From the NCBI GenBank assembly GCA_963726455.1, contig CAVSCK010000005.1, positions 128,001 to 192,000 of the forward strand: a DNA stretch of 64,000 nt. Reading direction: 5' to 3'. This document shows positions 49,975 to 60,120 of this stretch, in pieces (within the stretch, counting starts at the first letter, position 1; every line of letters starts with the position of its first letter). The position numbers and the translations under genes were made by a program. The notes beneath the pieces are model-generated. The model did no database searches. It was not told the DNA's origin and saw only the letters and a list, made by a program, of their open reading frames with translations. The stretch comes from an uncultured bacterium. Lineage in GTDB: Bacteria; Zixibacteria; MSB-5A5; CAIYYT01.

Positions 49975-51462
49975 TTAGTCCTTCAGTATGTTTTCGAGCA
50001 TGTCGACGTAGACGAACTTGTTGTCCGGCGATTCCTTGGCGATGATGTTGTGCCGATGCAATCCCTCAAGGATGAATTCCATCGCCAGGTATGACTCCCG
50101 CTCATTTTTGGGCTTGAAGTACTTCTGCGCGATTTCCTTTAATCCCACAATCTGCGCCAGCGCCGCCTTGTAATCCTTGTACGGCAACTCGTCCGACAGT
50201 TCCAGACGTTTACCCGACGCGAAGAAATCGATCACCGGTTCGTAGACATTCTCTTGCGCCCGTTGTCTATCCTCGTTCACATTCTTGGGCCGGCGCGGCG
50301 CCGGGAAATAATGCCCGAAAACTTTCTTGGTAGCTTCACCGATCAGATTGACCGCCACAATCGACGGCCCCTCCAGTTCGCCTTCGTACACCAGTTCCAC
50401 TTTCCCGACGATCGACGATAACACGGCAAACAGGTCGCAGATGCGCGGATAGGAGTCATTGTCCTTGTTGATGGCGGCGCGCCGCTCGATGTTGGACAGC
50501 ATGTTTTCATAGGCCGAAATCGTCAACCGCGCCGAGACACCTGATCCCTGGTCAACATGTTCACTGGAGCGCGCTTCAAACGCGATCTGTTCAATGATGT
50601 CCCGCATCAATTCTGGTATCTCGATCTTGGCCGGCCGGTCGGTCCACGCTTCCTGCTGTGTGATTGATTTCGCAATTTCGATACTCGCCGGATAATGCGT
50701 GTTTATCTGCGAGGCGATACGATCTTTCAGCGGCGTGATGATATTTCCGCGGTTCGTGTAGTCTTCCGGATTCGCGGTAAACGCCAGCATCATATCCAGT
50801 GGCACGCGGATCGGAAAGCCCCTGATTTGAAAATCATTTTCTTCCAGAATATTCAGCAAGGCCACCTGTATGCGCGGCTGCAGATCAGGGAGTTCGTTGA
50901 TTGCGAAAATGCCCCGATTCGTACGCGGCACGATACCCCAGTGAATCACTTCCTCGTCCGACAGGTCGAGTTTCTCCCGCACCGCCTTGATCGGATCAAG
51001 GTCGCCGATCAAATCGGCGACCGACACGTCAGGTGTCGCCAGTTTTTCATTATAGCGCAGATCCCGTGGCATCCAGTCGATTTCCAGGTCGTCTCCGGCT
51101 TGACCCACCAGCTTTTTGCTGTGCGAAGTAATGGGACGGAACGGGTCCTCGTTAAGAGGACTCCCTTTGATGATCGGCAGGTATTCGTCAAGGAAACTTA
51201 CCAACTGCCGTAGTATCCTCGTTTTGGCCTGGCCGCGCAATCCCAGCAGCAGGATATCGTGTTTGGACAGTATTGCGTTCTCCAGTTGGGGCAGCACCGA
51301 CCGCTCATAGCCCAGTATTCCCGGCCAGCGGCTCTTGCCGGCCTTGATTTGCTCTATCAGATTCTCGCGCAGTTCTTCCTTGGTGGATCGACTCCGGTAT
51401 CCGGTAGCTTTCAACTCGCCCAGCGTCTTCGGTTTTTTCATCGTCTCTCTTTCATCCTTCAC
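49975..51462 (-). CDS. Mg-chelatase-like / MoxR-related AAA+ ATPase (Rv0958-like)
   Basis: Variant Walker A GLRGQAKT, variant Walker B IFAINE, 'TANPEDYTNRG..TPLKDR'. Confidence 0.85.
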   Translation of the reverse strand: MKDERETMKKPKTLGELKATGYRSRSTKEELRENLIEQIKAGKSRWPGILGYERSVLPQLENAILSKHDILLLGLRGQAKTRILRQLVSFLDEYLPIIKGSPLNEDPFRPITSHSKKLVGQAGDDLEIDWMPRDLRYNEKLATPDVSVADLIGDLDPIKAVREKLDLSDEEVIHWGIVPRTNRGIFAINELPDLQPRIQVALLNILEENDFQIRGFPIRVPLDMMLAFTANPEDYTNRGNIITPLKDRIASQINTHYPASIEIAKSITQQEAWTDRPAKIEIPELMRDIIEQIAFEARSSEHVDQGSGVSARLTISAYENMLSNIERRAAINKDNDSYPRICDLFAVLSSIVGKVELVYEGELEGPSIVAVNLIGEATKKVFGHYFPAPRRPKNVNEDRQRAQENVYEPVIDFFASGKRLELSDELPYKDYKAALAQIVGLKEIAQKYFKPKNERESYLAMEFILEGLHRHNIIAKESPDNKFVYVDMLENILKD

Positions 51463-51678
51463 AAATCGTTACACGTTATACGCGCATCGACTGGAACTGA
51501 TTGCCTGAAGCGGTTGTTCTTAAAACGAATGCTCAATGCCAGATAATTCGAATTCCGTATCTTGTGTGAGGTATAATTGATGCTATATTTGCGCGGTTCG
51601 AAATGAAACCAGGATGAATGTGTTGCCCATAATCAACTTACATAAGGAAAATCCGACAGTCGCCGATATAGACAGAGA

Positions 51679-54255
51679 ATGACTATGGTTAAAGCTCTCA
51701 GATATGTTCAGGTGGAGCCGGTTCTGCCCGATGGGTTGAAACCGCTCAAGGAAATTGCGCTTAATCTCTGGTGGACCTGGAATCAGGACGCCATTCGTCT
51801 CTTCCGCCGCGTTGACAACAAACTCTGGGAAGAGACGGGACACAATCCAATCAAACTCCTAAGCCAGATGCCGCAGGAGAAGCTGGAGAAACTCGAACGC
51901 GATCTCAGCTTCCGGGCGCATCTGGAAGGTGTCTATCGCAATCTGGTCGTCTACCAACACAACAGCAACTGGTTCAATGAACAGCACTTTCAAAGCGAAC
52001 AGCCGGAGATCGCCTACTTTTCCGCCGAATTCGGCATCACGGAGTGTCTGCCGATTTATTCCGGCGGCCTGGGCGTGCTTGCCGGCGATCACCTGAAATC
52101 ATCATCGGATCTTGGATTACCCTTGATCGGCTTCGGATTGTTGTACCAGCGCGGCTACTTCCAGCAGTATCTCAACGCCGACGGCTGGCAACAAGAATAC
52201 TATCCTGATCTCGATTTCTCCGCGCTGCCGATCACCGAGGCACTTGATCGCAACGGGCAGCCATTGATCGTGAGCATCGATTTCCCCGGACGCAAGGTCT
52301 GGATCAAAGTTTGGAAAGCACAGGTCGGCCGGACACCGCTGTATCTGCTGGACACCAGCATTCCGCAGAACTCCGGCGAGGATCGTGAAATCACGAGCCA
52401 CCTGTACGGCGGCGATAACGACACCCGCATCCGTCAGGAAATGGTGCTCGGTATCGGTGGAGTGACGGCACTCGACGAATTAGGTTATGCCCCGTCCGTG
52501 TATCACATGAATGAAGGACATTCGGCATTTCTGGCGATCGACCGGACACGCCGCCACATGGAGAAGGACGGATTGTCCTACCGTGAAGCCGCCCTCTTAG
52601 TCAAGCAGACCACGATATTTACGACCCACACTCCCGTGCAGGCAGGAATCGACCGGTTTTCGCGGGAACTCGTGGAAAGATATTTCCGGCATTACTTGCC
52701 CAAATTGGGACTGAGCTTCGGCGAGTTTTTCGCGCTCGGGCAGCAGCATGAGCGTGAACATTCTTCCGAGTTCAACATGGCCCATCTCGCCATGAATTTC
52801 TCGTCATATATCAATGGCGTCTCGAAATTGCACGCCGAAGTTTCGCGGCGAATGTGGCAGTCATCCTGGCCAAAGGTTCCATTGGAGGAAATTCCGCTGA
52901 CTGCGATCACAAACGGCGTTCATACCCGCTCCTGGATTTCGGCCGAGATTTGCGAATTGTATGATCGTTACCTCGGAATCGGCTGGCTGGAAGAGGCCGC
53001 CAATCACACTTTCTGGTCGAATGTCGACGAGATCAATGACAGCGAACTCTGGCGCATACACGAGATGCGGCGCGAGAAGATGATTTCCTTTGTGAGACGC
53101 CGTCTGCGCGACCAGTACCAGCGACGCGGCGCCACGGCCGCCGAAATCAGACAGGCCAGCGAGGTTCTCAATGCGGGCTATCTTACGATCGGTTTCTCAC
53201 GGCGCTTTGCCGCCTACAAGCGCGGCACTCTGATCTTCCGAAATATCGAACGACTGAAAAAGATTCTCAACCACACCGATCGGCCGGTGCAACTGATCTT
53301 TGCCGGCAAAGCTCATCCCCGCGACAACTACGGCAAAGAGCTTATCAAGACCATCGTGCATCTGGCCCGCGATCCCCTGTTCCGCGATCGCATAGTCTTT
53401 CTGGAAAATTACGATCTCGCTGTTGCCCGCTATCTGGTGCAAGGCGTCGACATCTGGCTTAATACGCCGCGCCGGCCGATGGAAGCATCCGGCACCAGCG
53501 GCATGAAGGTAATCTTCAACGGCGGACTTAATCTCAGCGTTTTGGACGGCTGGTGGTGCGAGGGATACAACGTCAATACCGGCTGGGCGATCGGCTCCGG
53601 CGAGGAATACGACAATCTCGACTACCAGGATGATGTCGAGGCGAATGCGCTGTACGACGTACTCGAAAAGGAAATAGCGCCGCTGTTTTACGATCGCAGC
53701 CGGGACAATATTCCGCGCGATTGGCTGGCCAAAATGAAGTGTTCGATCAAGACATTGGCGCCGATGTTCAATTCCAATCGCATGGTGCAGGAGTATACGG
53801 AGAAATTCTACGTCAACGCGTATCGACAGAACAAGATTCTGCGCCACGAGAATTTCGCCGAGGTGAAATCGCTGGCCAGTTGGTACAAACACCTGGTCGA
53901 CAAGTGGTCCGACGTACGCATTCTTGAGATCAGCACCAAGACGCCGCCGAAGCTTAACGTAAACGAGGAAATTCAGATCGAAGCCAAGATCTTCGTGGGT
54001 GAATTAACGCCGGACGATGTCGCCGTCGAACTTTACATGGGCAAGCTATCGACGTCGGGAGAAATCATCGATCCGATGTCAGTCGAGATGACCGCCGACG
54101 GCAATCCGCACGCCGGCATCTACAATTATCACTGCGCCAAACCCCTGTCGTCCAGCGGCCGGCTGGGCTACTCGGTGCGAGTGTTGCCGGGCCACCGCAG
54201 TCTCGTGCATCCTTTGGAGATGCGCCTGATCACCTGGGCCGAGGGCGACCTGTAA
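51679..54255 (+). CDS. glgP: Alpha-glucan (glycogen) phosphorylase
   Basis: 'YSGGLGVLAGD', 'HMNEGH', 'TNGVH', PLP-lysine motif 'EASGTSGMK'. Confidence 0.95.
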   Translation: MTMVKALRYVQVEPVLPDGLKPLKEIALNLWWTWNQDAIRLFRRVDNKLWEETGHNPIKLLSQMPQEKLEKLERDLSFRAHLEGVYRNLVVYQHNSNWFNEQHFQSEQPEIAYFSAEFGITECLPIYSGGLGVLAGDHLKSSSDLGLPLIGFGLLYQRGYFQQYLNADGWQQEYYPDLDFSALPITEALDRNGQPLIVSIDFPGRKVWIKVWKAQVGRTPLYLLDTSIPQNSGEDREITSHLYGGDNDTRIRQEMVLGIGGVTALDELGYAPSVYHMNEGHSAFLAIDRTRRHMEKDGLSYREAALLVKQTTIFTTHTPVQAGIDRFSRELVERYFRHYLPKLGLSFGEFFALGQQHEREHSSEFNMAHLAMNFSSYINGVSKLHAEVSRRMWQSSWPKVPLEEIPLTAITNGVHTRSWISAEICELYDRYLGIGWLEEAANHTFWSNVDEINDSELWRIHEMRREKMISFVRRRLRDQYQRRGATAAEIRQASEVLNAGYLTIGFSRRFAAYKRGTLIFRNIERLKKILNHTDRPVQLIFAGKAHPRDNYGKELIKTIVHLARDPLFRDRIVFLENYDLAVARYLVQGVDIWLNTPRRPMEASGTSGMKVIFNGGLNLSVLDGWWCEGYNVNTGWAIGSGEEYDNLDYQDDVEANALYDVLEKEIAPLFYDRSRDNIPRDWLAKMKCSIKTLAPMFNSNRMVQEYTEKFYVNAYRQNKILRHENFAEVKSLASWYKHLVDKWSDVRILEISTKTPPKLNVNEEIQIEAKIFVGELTPDDVAVELYMGKLSTSGEIIDPMSVEMTADGNPHAGIYNYHCAKPLSSSGRLGYSVRVLPGHRSLVHPLEMRLITWAEGDL

Positions 54256-54285
54256 TCACGATATCGTCTGACAGACAAGACAATG

Positions 54286-54318
54286 AACGGCAGCCGGCAC
54301 GGGCTGCCGTTTCAGTTT
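54286..54318 (+). terminator. Terminator of glgP
   Basis: AACGGCAGCC-GGCACG-GGCTGCCGTT followed by TCAGTTT. Confidence 0.65.
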
Positions 54319-54327
54319 GTGGACACA

Positions 54328-54366
54328 AAGAAAGCGGGAGTCCGTCTGTGAAGACGAACTCCCGTT
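54328..54366 (-). terminator. Terminator of 54411-57692
   Basis: CGGGAGTTCGTCT-TCAC-AGACGGACTCCCG followed by CTTTCTTT on minus strand. Confidence 0.7.
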
Positions 54367-54410
54367 ATTAGCGGAAAAGTAATCAGGATCTAAATCGATC
54401 CGTCAGACTT

Positions 54411-57400
54411 TTACTTTCCGGAGCAAGGAGCCGGACCACCCGAGAAGATGTACTGAATCATGTACACCGCATCGGAGATGTCAATCGCGCGATCACAGTT
54501 GGTGTCGCCGACAAGCATGTTCGACGGACCAGGCTGTCCCGCGAAAATGAATCCAATCATCGCGACTGGATCGGAGATGTCCAGATTACCACTCAGGTCA
54601 AAGTCACCAGGAAGCACAACGAAGTTAGACGGGGTAATAAACTGTCCCGGGTTAACCGAGCTGTGTCCGATGAGAGCCACGCTGCCTACGATGGAAAACG
54701 GAGTCGCATCGTTGAAAGTACCTGCTACGGTGAACGTACCGTCGGTGCTATCATACAATGTGCCATAGAACGGCAGGAAGGCGGTCGCCGGCATCGATAC
54801 CTTCACCGCGCCGCAATAGATACCAGTGTAACTGGCAACCACTGTGGCCGGAGCGGACGTGCCATTGACCGTAACAGACGCCAGATTGACGTCACCGGCC
54901 AGATGGCCACCGCCGAAGTTACCGACGTAGAACTGGTCGACAATCGGATCAATCGCCTGCGTGAAGTAGGCATACTGCGGATTCGGTACGATTACCGCGG
55001 TCGGCGGAACCACCGGATACGGAGCAAGATTGATCGTGTAGTCTTCAACTTCACCGTAGGACGTGTTGCCGCAAGGAGCGACTGCGCCGGTGTAGGTGAT
55101 TCTGACTCTCATCAGCTTCGTGCCAGGAGTGACCGTGCAAGGCGCGGTGATCGTGCCATGGTATGGGCCACCACCCGGGGTGCCGGAGAACACAATTTGC
55201 TCATCCGAGGCAAAGCAGAAGTCGTTATTCCAATCGATCCAGCCACCGCACTGGTCACTGCTGTACGGAAGACCGTTAGTCACGGTAATCGCATAGCTGA
55301 GACCCTGCGTCATGTTGGCCTGCATCGACGTGAAGTCGGAATATCCGCCGCCACCGCAGCTGGACGAATTGTTGAGGTCAGCCACGGAAACGTTGCTGAT
55401 GTACTCGTCGCACAGACTCGTGCCCGCGGTACAGTAATTGACAACCGGTACACCGTTCACATGAATCGTGTACGGACCGGAAGCATCGTAACCCGGGTCA
55501 TTGAGCACCGGCAGATACCAGGTGCCGGCCGGCAGACCTTGGAACGTAATTGTGACGTTACCGTCGCCGCAAGCCGTGAAGTTGTAGCTGCCAATTACGT
55601 AATTGCCGCAGGGGCAACCATCGACAACTACGATGTAGACGTTACCAAAGGCCGGGGTCGTGCCGCAATAGTCAACGGTCACGTTCATGCACTCGGTCGT
55701 CGTGAAAGCATGCCAGGCTTCGTCGCCAAGCAGCGCGCAGTCGGTCGTGGCACCGGCGTTGTTACCCGTGAAGGTAAGCGGAGTGCCGGCAACCAACGCT
55801 TCCGGCGTAACCGAGGTGCAATTGTCGTTCGGCGGAGGAGGCGTGCAGGATGTAGTCAGGAATCCGTTGCCGCTGGCGGTGCCGTAACCACCAACCTGAA
55901 TCAGGTACTGGTGTCCGACTGTGCCGGCGAACGAAACCATTGACTGTACTCCGCAAGCATCGTCGTTCTGTGCAATCAGAACGCTCGGCGGGCAGGTGAA
56001 GCCGTCGAATACCTGGAGTTTGGTATCGAACCCGGAACCGCAAAGGCTGACAACCACGCCGCCATCGCAGTCAGCGGTATACGCGTACCAGATATCATTA
56101 GAAGTTATATACGAATCCGGACCATCCGGGGTGCCCTGCACAGTTGAGAACGCCAGATTGGTAACATTGCCAATCGCGATTGCGTTGGCGCAGTTATCAT
56201 TCGACGGCGGGCCGGCCGGGACGGTGAAGGACATATCAAAACTAGGAATGCATGTCGGCGAGGGCCATGTATCTACGATGAGATAATAGGTGCCGGCAGT
56301 AAGACTGACGCCATACATCGTCTGGGCTGCACCACTGGATGAGGCCGTCTTCATATAGAGACAGGTCGTCGGATCGGGCGGGCAGGCGTCGTCAATCAGG
56401 AAGCCCATGTAAGTCGTGCCCTTGGGATCGATAGTCAGATCGAAGGTCGTCGCTTGAGTGAGCTCGAGTTTGTAGACGATGTCTTCGCCACCGTCATAGT
56501 AGCCAAGGCAGGTGGTGCCATTATAGTCGTCACCCAAACCGCAGTTCGACTGATTGAGAATCGATACTGGCAGAGTAGTCGGATCGAGCGCGATCGGAAT
56601 GGCTGAGGCGCAGTCAACACCAGGTGTCGGGGCGCCGCAGCTGGTCGTCAACACACCGGCGCCGACGTTGGTGCCATAACCGGCGACTTCAATCAGGAAC
56701 TGCTGACCGGTAACGCACGGGAACGTCGCCTTGGAAGCGTACGCGCTTCCAGTCGGGAAACCGCTGCAACCGTCGTCATTGGTCGCTGCCACAAGCGTCG
56801 GAGGGCAGGTCGTGCCGTCCCAAACACGGATCTTGGTATCCATAGCGGTACCACAGAGTGAGGCAGTGCCAACGCCGTCGCAAGACGCAGTATAAGCGAA
56901 CCAAACGTTCGGAGCAGTTATGAAGCCGCCCGGCCCGTCAAGCGTAGCTGACGAGGTGTTCCACGCCAAGTCGGTAACGTCGCCAATCGCTGTAGCACTG
57001 GCGCAGTTGTCGTTGGCCGGCGGAAGAGCCATTGCTTGGAACACAAGATCAAAAGCCGGAATGCAGTTCGGGGTCGGCCAAGTGTCGACCATCATGTAGT
57101 AAGTGCCGGCTGCAAGCGTGACACCCGAAAGAGTGTAGGCCGTGCCGCCGCTGCTGGTCTTTGAATACAGGCAGGCTGTGGGATCCAGTGGGCAAGCATC
57201 ATCGATGGCCCAGCCGGTCCAGGCCGAACCCTTGGGATCAAGCGTAATGCTGATCGAGATCGGGTCGGTAACGGTTATTTTGTAGGTAACATCCTCGCCG
57301 CCGTCATAGGAACCAAGGCAGGTGTTGGAATAAGTATTTCCATTGCCGCAGTTAGTCTGACCGGCAACAGTCTGCGGGAGACTGCCCGCGCCGAGGGTAA

Positions 57401-57692
57401 TTGACAACGGGTTTGAACAATCGTAGGCATTCGTGCCTTCGGGCGACGAAGCAACTTCGCTGGCGTTCGGGTTGATTGCGCCTTCGGGAAGTTCCTTGAT
57501 GCTCGCGGGATCTGCGGGATGCTCGGTGCCGTTCGCAGCATTCTTCAATTGAATGTTCGAATCAGCGGGACGGTCCATTTTAACTTTGATTTGGACCGGC
57601 GTATCTTGTTTCACAGCGAGAGCGGAGGTACACAGCGCCAACACTGCGAGCAAAGTAACGAGAATCCGTAACGTCATTCTACATGAACTCAT
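54411..57692 (-). CDS. Secreted Cys-rich modular protein: alternating PPC-like domains, GEVED domain, C-terminal dockerin
   Basis: Signal peptide; repeats 'TCLGxYDGGED' (x2) and 'PxNDNC' (x3); 'WIDWNND..F' and 'YGEVEDYTI'; dockerin GDFDLSGNLDISDPV / GDTNCDRAIDISDAV. Confidence 0.82.
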   Translation of the reverse strand: MSSCRMTLRILVTLLAVLALCTSALAVKQDTPVQIKVKMDRPADSNIQLKNAANGTEHPADPASIKELPEGAINPNASEVASSPEGTNAYDCSNPLSITLGAGSLPQTVAGQTNCGNGNTYSNTCLGSYDGGEDVTYKITVTDPISISITLDPKGSAWTGWAIDDACPLDPTACLYSKTSSGGTAYTLSGVTLAAGTYYMMVDTWPTPNCIPAFDLVFQAMALPPANDNCASATAIGDVTDLAWNTSSATLDGPGGFITAPNVWFAYTASCDGVGTASLCGTAMDTKIRVWDGTTCPPTLVAATNDDGCSGFPTGSAYASKATFPCVTGQQFLIEVAGYGTNVGAGVLTTSCGAPTPGVDCASAIPIALDPTTLPVSILNQSNCGLGDDYNGTTCLGYYDGGEDIVYKLELTQATTFDLTIDPKGTTYMGFLIDDACPPDPTTCLYMKTASSSGAAQTMYGVSLTAGTYYLIVDTWPSPTCIPSFDMSFTVPAGPPSNDNCANAIAIGNVTNLAFSTVQGTPDGPDSYITSNDIWYAYTADCDGGVVVSLCGSGFDTKLQVFDGFTCPPSVLIAQNDDACGVQSMVSFAGTVGHQYLIQVGGYGTASGNGFLTTSCTPPPPNDNCTSVTPEALVAGTPLTFTGNNAGATTDCALLGDEAWHAFTTTECMNVTVDYCGTTPAFGNVYIVVVDGCPCGNYVIGSYNFTACGDGNVTITFQGLPAGTWYLPVLNDPGYDASGPYTIHVNGVPVVNYCTAGTSLCDEYISNVSVADLNNSSSCGGGGYSDFTSMQANMTQGLSYAITVTNGLPYSSDQCGGWIDWNNDFCFASDEQIVFSGTPGGGPYHGTITAPCTVTPGTKLMRVRITYTGAVAPCGNTSYGEVEDYTINLAPYPVVPPTAVIVPNPQYAYFTQAIDPIVDQFYVGNFGGGHLAGDVNLASVTVNGTSAPATVVASYTGIYCGAVKVSMPATAFLPFYGTLYDSTDGTFTVAGTFNDATPFSIVGSVALIGHSSVNPGQFITPSNFVVLPGDFDLSGNLDISDPVAMIGFIFAGQPGPSNMLVGDTNCDRAIDISDAVYMIQYIFSGGPAPCSGK

Positions 57693-57937
57693 GGATTCAC
57701 CTTTCTTTACCTAAAAGTTGAAGTATCAGTTGTTTCTCGATTGCGACATCCGTCCTGAGGACTCAGACGGATTAGACCATAGTTGTCTCCTCCCTCATGT
57801 CATTTGGTTCGTGTTGCACTTTACCATACATGTGATTGCTTGGTGTGTGGCGCACCGCCGGCGCCAACTCACATATTTAAGATTTAACTCAACTTAAACA
57901 GCGTCTCGATGATAAGACCTTTGGTTAACCTGTGCTA

Positions 57938-57965
57938 AAATTATGAACAAACGACGAATTGTCAA
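57938..57965 (-). promoter_or_regulatory. Probable sigma70 promoter of 54411-57692
   Basis: TTGACA-16 bp-TAATTT. Confidence 0.5.
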
Positions 57966-58084
57966 CATTTTTTTGTAGTTTCACCGAGATTAAGCCAAAA
58001 ATCAGCCGGGAGGCGAATCACCACCGAGGCAGTCCTCTTTCCGGTTTTTCGAGCATTCCCCACTCCAGATGTTAGAGGATATCG

Positions 58085-58113
58085 TTGACATTGTCAGGCC
58101 GGGGTGTTATAGT
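58085..58113 (+). promoter_or_regulatory. sigma70 promoter of the GlmL-like gene
   Basis: TTGACA-17 bp-TATAGT with TG extension. Confidence 0.7.
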
Positions 58114-58191
58114 ACGAATTCTAATTTAGCGGGCTGATTGTCCCGGCATAAAAAGGATTATCGTAATTTCGAGTATACAGGACAGGAATTG

Positions 58192-60045
58192 ATGGCAGAA
58201 AAGAAACCGCAAGATATTGAAGTAATACTGGCAACTGATTGTGGTTCAACCACAACCAAAGCCATTCTGATTGAGAAAAGAGACGGCCAATATCGGTTGA
58301 TCGTCCGCGGCGAAGCACCGACAACAGTTGAGGCGCCGTTCGAGGATGTTACGATGGGCGTGCTCAATGCGGTCGGCGAAGTCGAGGAGTTGTCGGGCCG
58401 GAAGCTTCTGGACGAAAACGGGAAGATCATCACCCCCCGGTCGCCGGACGGCCAGAAGGTCGGAACGGATATTTACATCTCGACCAGCTCGGCCGGTGGT
58501 GGCCTCCAGATGATGGTAGCCGGAGTGGTGCGCTCGATGACTGCCGAATCGGCGGAACGGGCGGCATTGGGAGCGGGCGCAATCGTGATGGATGTGATTG
58601 CCTCGAATGACAAACGCCAACCCTATCAGCAGATTGAGCGCATTCGGCACCTGCGTCCGGATATGATCCTGTTGTCGGGCGGCATCGACGGCGGCACTAC
58701 GACGCACGTGGTTGAAATAGCGGAATTGATCTCGGCAGCCGATCCCAGACCACGGCTCGGGTCGAGTTACAAGCTGCCCGTGATCTATGCCGGTAATATC
58801 GAAGCTCGCAAGGCGGTTAGTGACACACTGAAGGAAAAGGTTGATCTGATCATTACCGACAACTTACGACCGGTGCTGGAGCGCGAGAATCTGCTGCCCG
58901 CGCGCGAAGCCATCCACGATCTGTTCCTCGAGCACGTGATGGCGCAGGCGCCGGGATACCGCAAGCTGATGGGTATGACTGATGCACCAATCATGCCGAC
59001 ACCGGGCGCAGTCGGATTAATCATCAAGACAATTTCCGAGATCGAGAAAATCGAAGTGGTCGGTGTCGACATCGGTGGCGCCACGACCGACGTGTTCTCG
59101 GTATTTCAGGGAGTGTTCAACCGCACGGTGTCCGCCAACCTCGGGATGAGCTACTCGGTGTCGAACGTGTTTGCCGAAGCCGGATTGCCGAACGTCATGC
59201 GCTGGGTACCGTTCCACATGGAAGAACGCGACCTGCGCAACCGCGTGAAGAACAAGATGATTCGCCCGACGACGATTCCGCAATCGATGGAAGAACTGAT
59301 TTTCGAGCAAGCCATCGCCAAGGAAGCACTGCGGCTGGCGTTTATTCAGCACAAGAATTTTGCCACCGTGCTCAAAGGCGTGCAGCAGCAGCGGACGATC
59401 GCCGACGCGTTCGATCAGAAAGCATCGGGCGGTACGCTGGTCAATATGATGACGCTGAATATGCTGATCGGTTCGGGCGGTGTGTTGTCACACGCGCCGC
59501 GCCGCCAGCAGTCGGCGTTGATGATGATCGACGCTTTCCTACCGGAAGGCATTACGCGCCTGTCGGTCGATTCGATTTTCATGATGCCGCAGTTGGGCGT
59601 GTTATCGACGGTGCATCCGCAGGCGGCGACGGAAGTGTTCAACAAGGACTGCCTTATTCATCTCGGCACTTGCATTGCGCCGGCAGGCGACGCCAAAGAA
59701 GGCCGGGAGATGATGGAATATCATCTGGAATTCCCGGACGGCCGCAAGGAAGACGGCAAGCTGATGTTCGGCGAGATGAAATGTTTCCCGCTCGGTTTTG
59801 ACGAAAAGACCGCTCTACCTTTGAAGGCCAAAGCATCATTCAAACCTTCGGGCAAGTTGGATATCGGATCCGGACCGGGGACGAATACCGAAACGGAAGT
59901 GTCGGGCGGCGTGGTCGGAGTCATTCTCGACGGCCGAGGCAGACCGTTCGTGCTGCCCACCGATGATGCAATAAGAGTGCGCAAGTTGAAAGAGTGGATG
60001 ACGACTCTGAACATTTATCCGAAAGAGGCGCTGGAGAGAGCTTGA
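58192..60045 (+). CDS. Glutamate mutase L (GlmL/MutL-type) family ASKHA-fold ATPase
   Basis: Start MAEKK at 58192; 'TDCGSTTTK', 'SSAGGGL', 'MPTP', 'VDIGGATTDVFS', 'GSGGVLSH'. Confidence 0.85.
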   Translation: MAEKKPQDIEVILATDCGSTTTKAILIEKRDGQYRLIVRGEAPTTVEAPFEDVTMGVLNAVGEVEELSGRKLLDENGKIITPRSPDGQKVGTDIYISTSSAGGGLQMMVAGVVRSMTAESAERAALGAGAIVMDVIASNDKRQPYQQIERIRHLRPDMILLSGGIDGGTTTHVVEIAELISAADPRPRLGSSYKLPVIYAGNIEARKAVSDTLKEKVDLIITDNLRPVLERENLLPAREAIHDLFLEHVMAQAPGYRKLMGMTDAPIMPTPGAVGLIIKTISEIEKIEVVGVDIGGATTDVFSVFQGVFNRTVSANLGMSYSVSNVFAEAGLPNVMRWVPFHMEERDLRNRVKNKMIRPTTIPQSMEELIFEQAIAKEALRLAFIQHKNFATVLKGVQQQRTIADAFDQKASGGTLVNMMTLNMLIGSGGVLSHAPRRQQSALMMIDAFLPEGITRLSVDSIFMMPQLGVLSTVHPQAATEVFNKDCLIHLGTCIAPAGDAKEGREMMEYHLEFPDGRKEDGKLMFGEMKCFPLGFDEKTALPLKAKASFKPSGKLDIGSGPGTNTETEVSGGVVGVILDGRGRPFVLPTDDAIRVRKLKEWMTTLNIYPKEALERA

Positions 60046-60120
60046 TCATAGGGGCGATGTCGCAGGGTGAGCGGCGCCGCCGTTGAATAAGAGATTTACG
60101 ATTTGGTTTAGAGGCAATAA

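Noticed and set aside
58192-60045. DNA mismatch-repair MutL
   Set aside because: ASKHA motifs rather than GHKL; the name is shared only
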